DNA of 64,000 bases from an uncultured cyanobacterium (GTDB lineage: Bacteria > Cyanobacteriota > Cyanobacteriia > Cyanobacteriales > Nostocaceae), in contig CAVUDP010000002.1 in assembly GCA_963740315.1 (NCBI GenBank), positions 960,001-1,024,000 on the forward strand, written 5' to 3'. The notes below the pieces were generated by a model that worked only from the letters and a program-made list of their open reading frames with translations, did not search any database and had not been told where the DNA came from. Shown here piece by piece: positions 54,683-64,000 of the stretch. The position numbers were made by a program, and so were the translations under genes. Position 1 is the stretch's first letter. Every line of letters starts with the position of its first letter.

Positions 54683-55000
54683 AATAATCCCCATCTTTTG
54701 CACGCAGATGTCAGTGCTATTGTAGCTAGAGATACATTCGCTGTTGAAGATAAGCAAGTGTTAAATGCAATAGCCGATCGTACTTTAGGTAGATCGGATA
54801 TGAGTCCGCTTTCTTGTATCGTGTTTTTAGCCGATACCGCTTCTTTACAAGCTTTGAGGCAAGTTAGCCGCGATTCGATTGATAAAGCGGTATATTTAAC
54901 CTGCGATTACACGCTTAAAAAATTGTTAGATAGTCCTCGCTTGATTCATCCCCGACTAATTACTACCCGAAATAAGTTTTTAATGCCGTGTAAATACTAG
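54683..55000 (+). pseudogene. yqeK: Remnant of yqeK (HD-domain Ap4A hydrolase)
   Basis: NNPHLLHADVSA...AIADRTLG...IVFLADT; N-terminus with HD motif absent; located upstream of rsfS, the usual yqeK position. Confidence 0.75.
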
Positions 55001-55150
55001 TACTTAATTAGATGTTTGAAATCACAAATATCCGTTTTTTGTTAGTATTCAAGAAACCTATTGATTAACATTTGCAATTAACGCCCGCTATTATCTTTTG
55101 TATTCGAGAAAAATCTGAAAACCTCACCCAAAGAAGCAGAGCAAGGTTTA

Positions 55151-55597
55151 ATGTCTGATTATTTCCAATCCGAATTTGTTACCGTTACCAACCCCAGAAT
55201 TAGTTCTCAACAGCTCGATCCTGACGATTCAACCGCAAAACTAGCTTTAACCATTGCCTCAGCAGGTGATGACCGTAAAGCAGGTGAGATATTAGTACTT
55301 CGCGTCACAGACGTATCTTACCTCGCCGATTATTTCGTCATGATGAGTGGTTATTCCAACGTACAGGTAAGGGCGATCGCCAACACGATAGAAGGTGTTG
55401 TCGAACAGAAGTGCAAGCGCAAACCCCTGCGTTCGGAAGGAAAAGCAGAGGGAAGTTGGGTACTATTAGATTACGGTGAAGTCATCGTTCACGTTATGAT
55501 GCCCTCGGAAAGAGAATTTTATGACTTAGAGGCGTTCTGGGGTCATGGGGAACGTGTGGATTTTCAGGCATCCGGAGGTGGAAGTGAACCAAGATGA
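55151..55597 (+). CDS. rsfS: Ribosome silencing factor
   Basis: DDRKAGEI, ADYFV, WVLLDYGEVIVHVM...REFYDLEAFW. Confidence 0.95.
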   Translation: MSDYFQSEFVTVTNPRISSQQLDPDDSTAKLALTIASAGDDRKAGEILVLRVTDVSYLADYFVMMSGYSNVQVRAIANTIEGVVEQKCKRKPLRSEGKAEGSWVLLDYGEVIVHVMMPSEREFYDLEAFWGHGERVDFQASGGGSEPR

Positions 55598-56094
55598 TTG
55601 ATTATGAGGTATCGAATTGCCCAGTTCCTAGCGAACAGCAACCGTTAAATGAATACGAACAGTTAAAAAGCTCTTGGCTATTTCGCGATTGTAGCCAAGA
55701 TATACGCACTTATCTGACCAGAATCGCCTGGATATGGGGTTTATCCTGGCTGGTAGCAGGACCAATAGCTTACTCAAGCTTCCCCCCACATAAGTATATG
55801 GTTCAATTCGTCTTGTGTGGAGCAGCAGGAGCCAGTATCGGAGTAGTTCTAATTGTATTGCGTTTGTATTTAGGTTGGTCTTACGTGCGCGATCGCTTAG
55901 CAAGTCCGATAATTTTTTATGAAGAATCGGGATGGTACGACGGTCAAAATTGGATCAAACCCCAGCAAGTTTTAGACCGCGACCTTTTGGTTGTAAGCTA
56001 TGAAGTTAAACCGATTATTCAAAGATTACAAATAACTGCATTGTGCTTGGTTATGTTGTTCGTTGCTGGATCGACAATTTGGCAATTCTTGTAA
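55594..56094 (+). CDS. ycf36: CGLD27/Ycf36 (DUF1230) family membrane protein
   Basis: CPVPSEQQPLNEY, RLYLGWSYVRDRL, YEESGWYDGQ. Confidence 0.88.
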   Translation: MIDYEVSNCPVPSEQQPLNEYEQLKSSWLFRDCSQDIRTYLTRIAWIWGLSWLVAGPIAYSSFPPHKYMVQFVLCGAAGASIGVVLIVLRLYLGWSYVRDRLASPIIFYEESGWYDGQNWIKPQQVLDRDLLVVSYEVKPIIQRLQITALCLVMLFVAGSTIWQFL

Positions 56095-56244
56095 ATAAAT
56101 TTTCGATTTGAGAATTTAAGGAGACTGCTGATTTCTGCGGCAGTGTCCTCCAAATCTCAAATTAGGACGGCGATCGGTTAGAAGTTGTGAGTAAATAGAT
56201 AGTAACTCATAATTTATCGCTCAGAATTGTTATCAGGATTGGTA

Positions 56245-57192
56245 ATGGCAAAACGAACTCAAGCACCCTCCGTAGAAGTAAGATTGCTGCGTGAAGGAAT
56301 TATTGAATCAAAACATACAGTCCAAGCTGCACTGTGTGACGAACGGGGACGGGTGCTTTCTGTCGCCGGAAACGCCGAAACGGCTACATTTGCTCGTTCG
56401 GCGCTCAAGCCATTTCAAGCCCTCGCCGTGACAACTACGGGAACTTTAGAACGCTATAACCTCAACGACAAAGATTTAGCAATTATTTGTAGTTCCCACG
56501 ACGGAAGCATAGAACATGTCAGACAAGTATTTAATATTTTATGGCGAGCCGACATTGATCCCACAGCAATTCAATGTCCCGTTCCTCCCGGTAAGCGCAG
56601 CAGCTTGGAATATAACTGTTCTGGCAAACACGCGGGGATGTTAGCAGTAGCTCAGCAATGCAATTGGTCCTTGACTAATTACTTAGAGCGCAAGCACCCC
56701 GTACAGCAATTGGTATTGAACAAAGTCTCGGAATTGTTGCGAATGCCCGCAGCAGAATTTATCAGCGCCCACGATGATTGCGGCGTACCGACTTATTTAA
56801 TGCAACTCTGTCAAATCGCTACACTTTACGCTCGTTTAGCAGATGGTAACAGTTTGGATATGGAGCGGATCGTCCGTGCGATGAATCATCATCCGACGAT
56901 GTTAGCTGGTGAAGGCAAATTTGACACCGAACTGATGCGTTTAGCTCCAGGAGAACTAATCTCTAAATCAGGTGCCGAAGGATTGCAGTGCATTAGCAGG
57001 CTTGGTGAAGGCATGGGTTTAGTAATTAAAGTCATAGATGGAGCCAAACGGGCAAAATATGCCGTAGCCATTCATTTACTAACTCAACTCGGTTGGATTA
57101 CCCCCAGCACCGCCCAAGCCCTTGAAGAAAAATTTATGACATTGGCTCAATACAAGCGTTTGGAAGTTGTTGGAGAATTATCAATGTTGTAG
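56245..57192 (+). CDS. Asparaginase II family (Rhizobium-type)
   Basis: RSALKPFQ, CSSHDG, NCSGKHAGML, DDCGVP, SKSGAEG. Confidence 0.9.
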   Translation: MAKRTQAPSVEVRLLREGIIESKHTVQAALCDERGRVLSVAGNAETATFARSALKPFQALAVTTTGTLERYNLNDKDLAIICSSHDGSIEHVRQVFNILWRADIDPTAIQCPVPPGKRSSLEYNCSGKHAGMLAVAQQCNWSLTNYLERKHPVQQLVLNKVSELLRMPAAEFISAHDDCGVPTYLMQLCQIATLYARLADGNSLDMERIVRAMNHHPTMLAGEGKFDTELMRLAPGELISKSGAEGLQCISRLGEGMGLVIKVIDGAKRAKYAVAIHLLTQLGWITPSTAQALEEKFMTLAQYKRLEVVGELSML

Positions 57193-57221
57193 TTGACATA
57201 AAATAGAGTTTAGGTTATATT
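57193..57221 (+). promoter_or_regulatory. Sigma70-type promoter of the tRNA
   Basis: TTGACA (57193) - 17 bp - TATATT (57216), just upstream of the tRNA. Confidence 0.75.
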
Positions 57222-57233
57222 AAATAAAGACGA

Positions 57234-57310
<77 letters not shown>

Positions 57311-57325
57311 AATTAAATATAAATG

Positions 57326-57357
57326 AATCCTCACGATTTTTATAATTGTGAGGATTT
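57326..57357 (+). terminator. Hairpin after the tRNA
   Basis: AATCCTCACGAT...ATTGTGAGGATT. Confidence 0.6.
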
Positions 57358-57529
57358 GTTTGTAGTAAGCGATTTATCGCTCCAAATTAATTCGCTGCAC
57401 TTAAAAATTAATTGAACGAAAAATTACAAAAAAATCAAAACCCGTTGCTTCATCTTTGTAATTCTTTATCAACAAGATTTTGATATACTCTGGAAAATAT
57501 TAACCATCCATCATCATTGGGTTTTAATC

Positions 57530-58972
57530 ATGGTTTGGAAATTAAAGCGTCCTATTTTAGTGGGAGGAGTGGGTTTATCCTTTACTCTATGGATGTTAAA
57601 TTGGCATCAAATGATGCAGCTTGGCGAATTTAGCTTATTAAGTTTGCTTGCAGTTGGTGGTGGTTTGTGGTTAATTAAAACAAATCTTCCCAAACGTACC
57701 GAAGAGCAGTTAAATGAAATGGCTATCGATCGCGCCACGGTAGAAAATACTATTGCGGCTAGTGCGATCGCCATCAATAAATTGGTAGAAGAATCGGGGG
57801 ATTGTGGGGAAGCGCTAGAAAAAGCCGCTTTACTACAAGAAAAAATTCCGTACTTACAGAATGAATTAGATAGAGAATCAATTAAATTAGCAGTTACTGG
57901 TGGTAAATCGGTGGGTAAAACCACTTTGATTCAAGTTTTGCAGAATCAAATTGCATCTGTAGAATTTCAGGAAACATCACCTTTATTTATTCAAGGGAAT
58001 TCGGATACTGCTGCAATAGATAATGCTGCAAAATCCGACTTTGTGCTGTTTCTCACCAATGGTGATTTGACAGAGACAGAATTTCAAAGTTTAGAACAGT
58101 TAAAAGCTAAAAATCAACGGTTGATGTTGGTTTACAATAAACAAGATCGGTGTTTACCGGATGAACGTGCTAGCGTAAAGAATTCTTTAAAACAGCGAGT
58201 TGGTGGAAATGTCGCAGCAACAGCAGCTTCACCTCAAGAAATCAAAGTACGCAAGCATCTTGAAGATAATTCCGTGCAAGAATGGATGGAAAAACCAGCG
58301 CCGGATATTCAAGATTTAACCCAGCAACTGGATAAAATATTAACTCAAAGACAGCAATTGGTATGGGCAACTACGATGAGAAAAGCCAAGTTGCTCAAAA
58401 CAGAAACCAAAGACTTATTAAATGGAATTAGAAAATTACGAGCTACTCCAGCGATCGAACAATATCAGTGGATAAGTGCGGCTGCGGCATTTGCAAACCC
58501 AGTACCCGCCCTTGATATACTCGCGACTGCGGCAATTAACGCTCAAATGGTAATTGATTTGGGTGGAGTTTATCAGCATCCGTTTTCTTTAGAGCAAGCC
58601 AAAACCGTTGCTGGAGAAATGGGAAGCTTGATGTTGAAATTGGGTTTAGTGGAACTTTCTACCAAGACAATTAGTACAGTCTTGAAAAGTAACGCCATTA
58701 CCTTTGTTGCTGGTGGAGTTGTACAAGGTGTAAGTGCAGCTTATTTAACAAGAATTGCCGGTTTAGCTTTAATTGAATATTTCGAGCAGCAAGAAATCGC
58801 TGCAAATTCCGGAAGCGAATTCAACTTAGAAAAATTCGGACAAAGTTTACAGCAAGTATTTGCCCAAAATCAGCAAGTGGTATTTTTGCAAAATTTTGTT
58901 CAGCAAGGTGTTAAGCGTTTGTTACCAGAATCTGAGAATCAAGTTGTTGCAATTGAGAATGCAGCAGTTTAA
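57530..58972 (+). CDS. YcjF/DUF697 family membrane protein with a GTPase-like domain
   Basis: N-terminal TMs, VTGGKSVGKT, NKQD, AAFANPVPALD. Confidence 0.82.
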   Translation: MVWKLKRPILVGGVGLSFTLWMLNWHQMMQLGEFSLLSLLAVGGGLWLIKTNLPKRTEEQLNEMAIDRATVENTIAASAIAINKLVEESGDCGEALEKAALLQEKIPYLQNELDRESIKLAVTGGKSVGKTTLIQVLQNQIASVEFQETSPLFIQGNSDTAAIDNAAKSDFVLFLTNGDLTETEFQSLEQLKAKNQRLMLVYNKQDRCLPDERASVKNSLKQRVGGNVAATAASPQEIKVRKHLEDNSVQEWMEKPAPDIQDLTQQLDKILTQRQQLVWATTMRKAKLLKTETKDLLNGIRKLRATPAIEQYQWISAAAAFANPVPALDILATAAINAQMVIDLGGVYQHPFSLEQAKTVAGEMGSLMLKLGLVELSTKTISTVLKSNAITFVAGGVVQGVSAAYLTRIAGLALIEYFEQQEIAANSGSEFNLEKFGQSLQQVFAQNQQVVFLQNFVQQGVKRLLPESENQVVAIENAAV

Positions 58973-59010
58973 ATTTTTCAAAATAGTAATAATGTAGAGA
59001 CGTAGCACTG

Positions 59011-59514
59011 CTACGTCTCATTGTTTTTGTTTATAGATACAAATTCAGCAAAATCTTCAGTCGTAATATAGCCTTGTTGGATTGCGATATTAAAAATTTT
59101 GTTAACAAAGCTATTCATGATTTTTACAACTTGAGACAAACATAAATTACAAGATTTATATTTACCAGTACCTAAAAAAGTATATTCACAAATTACTTCG
59201 TCTTTATTTTGAATTGGATGAAATGTTAAATCTAAATAGCTACCAAAGCATATATAAATTCTATCTCCAACAGATAATTTAATAATTTGTTCGTGCCATC
59301 TATCTTCCAAAGCATCGAGGATATCGTGATATAGATATAAAATAATTTTCTTATCGCCTATTTCTAATAAAATATTGCGATTGTTATTAAAACAAAACCG
59401 TTTCAAGCCAATTTCAAAATCTGTATATTCATTTAATTCGTCTTCTGGGTAATCATAAAAATAATCTTTTATAAATTCTTGTAATTGAAGATTAAAACTT
59501 TGATAATTATGCAT
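59011..59514 (-). CDS. AT-rich orphan hypothetical protein bracketed by REP-like repeats
   Basis: 167-aa ATG ORF; its stop codon lies inside the palindrome at 58994-59019. Confidence 0.65.
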   Translation of the reverse strand: MHNYQSFNLQLQEFIKDYFYDYPEDELNEYTDFEIGLKRFCFNNNRNILLEIGDKKIILYLYHDILDALEDRWHEQIIKLSVGDRIYICFGSYLDLTFHPIQNKDEVICEYTFLGTGKYKSCNLCLSQVVKIMNSFVNKIFNIAIQQGYITTEDFAEFVSINKNNET

Positions 59515-59521
59515 TTAAATT

Positions 59522-60034
59522 GTAGGGTGTGTTATTGCGCGATAAATAATTTTGTTTTTAACGAAGTACATATCTTACGCGCCTAACGCACCGTTTTGAT
59601 ATCGAGTTATAAATACAAATTGCCGTAAAGCATTAATCCCGGATGGTGCGTTAAACGTATCAAATTATCGTTTCAATTATATATAGTTGTGCGTTTGACA
59701 CAATGGCAATAAAGCCCGAAGTTAATCTACACCGCTTTTTGCCTCCCCTACAATCTTAAAAAAGTAATATGTTGCAATAATTATGGTGCGATCGCTTCAC
59801 GTTTGCCGTAATACATCAATCCCGGATGGTGCGTTAAACCTATAAAATTATCGTTTCAATTATATATAGTTGTGCGTTTAACACACCCTACAATTAAAAA
59901 AAAGCAATATGTTGCGATAATTATGGTGCGATCGCTTGACGTTTGCCATAACCAACTTAATCTCGGATGGTACGTTAAACATATATGAATAGTCGTTAAA
60001 ATCATATATAGTTGTGCGTTTAACACACCCTACA
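59522..60034. repeat. GTAGGGTGTGTTA...TAACGCACC REP-like element plus three inverted copies in ~140-bp tandem units
   Basis: Forward copy at 59522-59592; units start at 59620, 59803 and 59943 and contain GGTGCGTTA...TAACACACCCTAC; first unit has a 43-bp insertion. Confidence 0.85.
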
Positions 60035-60134
60035 AGAATAAATTTCTAAAATAAACGTCCAATCGATCGAAAATAGTATTACTCTACATATTAAGAAGAT
60101 AAAATCATCATTAGTATAAAGTATAAAAAAAAAG

Positions 60135-60815
60135 ATGGCAGCAGAACATTCCGATATTGATATTGCGCCATTTATCGATCACTCTCTACTTCATCCGATC
60201 GCTACTCAACAACAGGTTGAGCAATGGTGTGAAGAAGCAGATAGATATCATTTTGCGGCGGTTTGCATTCAACCTACTTGGGTACGTCTTGCAACGGAAC
60301 TTTTGCATGGAAAACAGCCGAAAGTCTGTACTGTAATAGGGTTTCCTACTGGTGCTACGACTTCCGCAGTTAAGCTGTATGAAGCACAAGAAGCAGCGGA
60401 AAACGGTGCAACTGAGTTAGATGTAGTCATGAATTTGGGCTGGTTGAAGGCTGGTAAAACTGAGGAGATACATCGGGAAATTGCCGCTATTTGCGAACAA
60501 ACCGGACTTGTCAAAGTAATTTTAGAAACGAATTTATTAACCGATACTGAGAAACAAATGGCTGCTGAGGTATCGATGGATGCAGGTGCGGCGTTTTTGA
60601 AGACTAGTACTGGTTGGAATGGTGGTGCAACATTAGCAGATGTGAAGCTTTTAAAGGAAGTAGCCAAAGACAGAATTGAAATTAAAGCTTCGGGGGGTAT
60701 TCGCACTGTTGACCAGGCTTTAGAATTAATATTAGCAGGTGCTACTAGATTAGGTACTTCTAGAGGTGTGGATTTGCTTCGTCAGCGTAAAGAAGGATCT
60801 AAGGTTAAAGGTTAA
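60135..60815 (+). CDS. deoC: Deoxyribose-phosphate aldolase
   Basis: [35 protein letters not shown]. Confidence 0.96.
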   Translation: MAAEHSDIDIAPFIDHSLLHPIATQQQVEQWCEEADRYHFAAVCIQPTWVRLATELLHGKQPKVCTVIGFPTGATTSAVKLYEAQEAAENGATELDVVMNLGWLKAGKTEEIHREIAAICEQTGLVKVILETNLLTDTEKQMAAEVSMDAGAAFLKTSTGWNGGATLADVKLLKEVAKDRIEIKASGGIRTVDQALELILAGATRLGTSRGVDLLRQRKEGSKVKG

Positions 60816-60940
60816 AGGTTAAAGGTCAAAGGTTAAAGGTCAAAGGTCAAAGGTCAAAGGTTAAAGGTCAAAGGATTAAAACTTATCTTCCCCCTCTCCC
60901 CCCTCTCCCCCTCTTCCCCCTCTTCCCCCTCTCCCCCCTC
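60800..60940. repeat. STRR tracts (AAGGT(T/C)A)n and CCCCTCT-type
   Basis: Visible tandem heptamers; similar tracts at 41450-41560, 31415-31505, 21685-21965 and 25300-25360. Confidence 0.92.
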
Positions 60941-60985
60941 ATTACTAAAAACTACCTACTAGCCACTAACAACTATCAATCATTA

Positions 60986-61915
60986 ATGAGTAGAACGTAC
61001 AAAGCAACTGGAATTAATTTAAAAGCCCAAGCGTTTGGCGAGTCGGATCGGCTGGTGACAATTTTGACGCGGGAATTTGGATTGATTCGAGCCACCGCTC
61101 CAGGCGCACGCAAGCATCTTTCTAGTCTTGGCGGCAGAAGCGGAATCTTTGTGGTGAATGAATTACTGATTGCTAAAGGGCGAAGTATCGATAAAATTAC
61201 CCAAGCGCAAACTATCAAAAGTTATCCCGGCTTGGGAGGAGATTTGGGTAAATTAGCGGCTTCTCAGTATTTAGCGGAAATAGTACTCGCTCAAGCTTTA
61301 AGCGAACAACCTCAAGATGAACTGTTTGAACTATTTAACGAACATCTCAATCGTTTGGAAAAATTGTCCGCGAGTCGGAATGTTTTAGCATATCTGGTGC
61401 ATGGTGTTTACGGGCTTTTGACTTTGGCTGGTTTAAAGCCTCAAGTAGAAGCTTGCTGTTTAACTGAGAATCCGGTTACACCAGATTTTACTAATCCTAA
61501 ATCTCTAGTAGGTTTTAGCATCACCGCTGGTGGAGTTGTTTCAATGTCGGCTTGGGAAAATCTGCGAACAAAAATAGAAAAAAGCAGAATAGAAGAGAAC
61601 AATCGGTTAGAAATAGCGTCTGTTGCAGAATCTGGTGCAGTTTATTCTGTAAATCCTAAAGAGATTTCTTCTTCCCCCGTTTACGAAACTGTTTTCCATC
61701 AAGAAGAATTGCCCGCTTTACTGCGTCGGTTGAGTGCTGCGGAACTAGATTTATTACAGCAGCTCCCGCAATGGTCGATAATAGAAGAAACTGCTTCACA
61801 TGAAGACTGGTTATATATTGAACGTCTGTTAAGACAATATACTCAATACCATTTCGGTCGTTCAATTCGTTCGGCAGCTTTAATAGATTCTTTTTTCGCT
61901 ACAAATCGTGGCTAA
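60986..61915 (+). CDS. recO: DNA repair protein RecO
   Basis: GINLK...[26 protein letters not shown]; follows deoC as commonly seen in cyanobacteria. Confidence 0.92.
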   Translation: MSRTYKATGINLKAQAFGESDRLVTILTREFGLIRATAPGARKHLSSLGGRSGIFVVNELLIAKGRSIDKITQAQTIKSYPGLGGDLGKLAASQYLAEIVLAQALSEQPQDELFELFNEHLNRLEKLSASRNVLAYLVHGVYGLLTLAGLKPQVEACCLTENPVTPDFTNPKSLVGFSITAGGVVSMSAWENLRTKIEKSRIEENNRLEIASVAESGAVYSVNPKEISSSPVYETVFHQEELPALLRRLSAAELDLLQQLPQWSIIEETASHEDWLYIERLLRQYTQYHFGRSIRSAALIDSFFATNRG

Positions 61916-62085
61916 GTTTAAAAAATCTGTGAAGATATTTAAGGTTTTTGCGGCATTATGCCAAAAAACTTATTTAACAAACCAATAAGCTGGTATTTTT
62001 TGGTTAGTAGGGTCTATTTTTCCCTTTGCTAAATTAACCATGCTTTTTCAAGTCCACCATACAGTAGATTAGAACTACAAACGAA

Positions 62086-63588
62086 ATGTCAGCAGGAGAC
62101 GTTTCTAAAAACGATAGAAATCAGCAAACACCGATGTCGGAATTACTTAAAACCGACACCAATAAAAATTGGGAAAATAAAACTAAAGATGAACTACATT
62201 CCCATCCCAGTAGCAAAAACAATAAACAGGAAAACGAGACAGCTACTGTGAATGCTCATAAGTCCGATTTATCCGCAGAAAAAAATGAAAAAAGTAATTT
62301 TGATAAAAATACAACCAAACAAGGGTTTTTACCCGTATTAACTAATCCCAATTTCCTTGCCCTATGGGGCGGTCAGGTATTTTGTCAGTTAGCAGATAAA
62401 GTATATTTGGTACTGATGATTGCTTTGATTGATTCTCAGTTTCAGTCACAAGGAAGCAGCATTAGCGGTTGGGTATCGGCGTTGATGATAACTTTTACCG
62501 TTCCCGCAGTACTATTTGGTTCTTTGGCGGGGGTATTTGTCGATCGCTGGGCGAAAAAAGCCGTGCTGGTGTCAACTAATATTTGGCGCGGTATTTTAGT
62601 TTTAGGAATTGTGCCGCTGCTATGGTTGGCTCGGGATTGGCGCGGTGTAGGTAATATTCCTGCTGGTTTCCTAATTATTTTGGCAGTAACTTTTTTGGTT
62701 TCCACCTTAACCCAGTTTTTTGCACCCGCAGAGCAAGCTGTTATACCTTTAATAGTAAAACCGCATAACTTGCTTTCGGCTAATTCGCTTTACACTACAA
62801 CGATGATGGCATCGGTAATTGTCGGATTCGCCATTGGAGAACCACTTTTATCAGCAGCAGACTCGTTATGGCTGCAATTTGGGGCTAGTGGTGGATTGGG
62901 AAAAGAAATTTTGGTAGGTGGATCTTATATCATCGCCGGATTAGTTTTACTTTTACTGACGACGAATGAGCAGCCCCAAGAAAAGAAAAAGCAATCTAAC
63001 GATATTTTTTCTGACTTAAAAGATGGTTTTGTGTATTTAGGAAAAAATCATCGTCTCCGCAATGCTTTGATTCAGCTAATCATCTTGTTTTCAGTTTTGG
63101 CTGCATTAACAGTATTAGCGGTTCGCGTAGCAGAAGTTATACCTAGTATTAAACCAGAGCAATTTGGCTTTTTGCTTGCATCTGGTGGCGTTGGTATCGC
63201 CGTTGGTGCAATAGTATTAGGTCAATTTGGGCAGCATTTTTCAACTTCAGCCTTAAGCTTGGCTGGATCTATGGGAATGGCAATTTCCCTGGCTGGTTTG
63301 GCGATATTCACCCAACAATTATGGGCTGTACTGTTTGCGATCGGTTTGTTAGGCGTGTCTGGCGCTTTAGTCGGTATTCCGTTACAAACTGCCATTCAAA
63401 CCGAAACCCCAACCAAAATGCATGGTAAAGTATTTGGTCTGCAAAACAATTTAGTTAATATTGCTCTGACTTTACCTTTAGCATTAGCAGGTATCGCAGA
63501 AAACTTTTTCGGATTGCAGACAGTCTTTTTAACATTAGCTGCGATCGTCTTTTGTGCTGGTATATTAACTAGGTACAAATCAGTTTAA
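62086..63588 (+). CDS. MFS transporter
   Basis: NFLALWGGQ, AGVFVDRWAKK, about 12 TM segments. Confidence 0.92.
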   Translation: MSAGDVSKNDRNQQTPMSELLKTDTNKNWENKTKDELHSHPSSKNNKQENETATVNAHKSDLSAEKNEKSNFDKNTTKQGFLPVLTNPNFLALWGGQVFCQLADKVYLVLMIALIDSQFQSQGSSISGWVSALMITFTVPAVLFGSLAGVFVDRWAKKAVLVSTNIWRGILVLGIVPLLWLARDWRGVGNIPAGFLIILAVTFLVSTLTQFFAPAEQAVIPLIVKPHNLLSANSLYTTTMMASVIVGFAIGEPLLSAADSLWLQFGASGGLGKEILVGGSYIIAGLVLLLLTTNEQPQEKKKQSNDIFSDLKDGFVYLGKNHRLRNALIQLIILFSVLAALTVLAVRVAEVIPSIKPEQFGFLLASGGVGIAVGAIVLGQFGQHFSTSALSLAGSMGMAISLAGLAIFTQQLWAVLFAIGLLGVSGALVGIPLQTAIQTETPTKMHGKVFGLQNNLVNIALTLPLALAGIAENFFGLQTVFLTLAAIVFCAGILTRYKSV

Positions 63589-63947
63589 AAGGATTATTAC
63601 TTATCAGCTTGATATTATAGCCCTGCCGAATTATTGGTTTTACTGTCGTGGTAAAATTACATGAGCCAAAATGTATCCCAAAATATTCAGGATCGAACCT
63701 GCATAAGGTAGACGCTATACATAGGGTCTTAATTTGTTATATAAAAACGTATAGTAATTGACAGCATGATGATGGCATAAATACATTATAAATTTACTTG
63801 TTTTAAAAACGTAAAAATTTGCGTTGTAAGTAATTAGAGTTGAGATATTATGATATCCACAAAGCCAAATGCAACAGTAAATTCATATCAGTCATATTTA
63901 CAGAAAAGCTGATCGAATAAACCCCCTTTCCAGATTACTAATCAAGA

Positions 63948-64000
63948 ATGCGTATAGCTTGGATTGGAAAAAAAACGCCCTTTTGTGGCAACGTTACCTA
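63948..64000 (+). CDS. Start of a probable family 4 glycosyltransferase (runs off window)
   Basis: MRIAWIGKKTPFCGNVT, recalled as the N-terminus of a conserved cyanobacterial GT; only 17 codons visible. Confidence 0.6.
   Translation, partial: MRIAWIGKKTPFCGNVT

Overview
This is a chromosomal window from a filamentous cyanobacterium, probably Nostocales/Rivulariaceae-like. That assignment is inferred from abundant HIP1 GCGATCGC octamers, STRR heptamer tracts, chlL/chlN, fused panC-cmk and Ni-SOD. Most of the window is housekeeping or conserved cyanobacterial genes (lysC, nupC-type transporter, rlpA, panC/cmk, sodN-sodX, purM, clpB, chlL, chlN, queE, rsfS, initiator tRNA-Met, deoC, recO) plus signalling kinases. 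I found no CRISPR array, prophage or rRNA. The most unusual content is small mobile DNA: (1) a RAYT/TnpA(REP) HUH transposase with 23-bp tandem repeats and palindromes on both flanks; (2) a five-unit array of TIR-bounded mini-cassettes joined at regenerated CTAG sites, carrying alternating hairpin cargos (7.2-7.8 kb); (3) a 104-bp MITE with a perfect 9-bp TSD; (4) 21-nt mini-elements inside STRRs, one with a nested insertion; (5) two long-period tandem repeats built from REP-like units. The window also has three gene remnants (S8 protease-RTX, yqeK, PD-(D/E)XK-like) and a cupin/cysteine-hydrolase/amidohydrolase cluster of unknown substrate.
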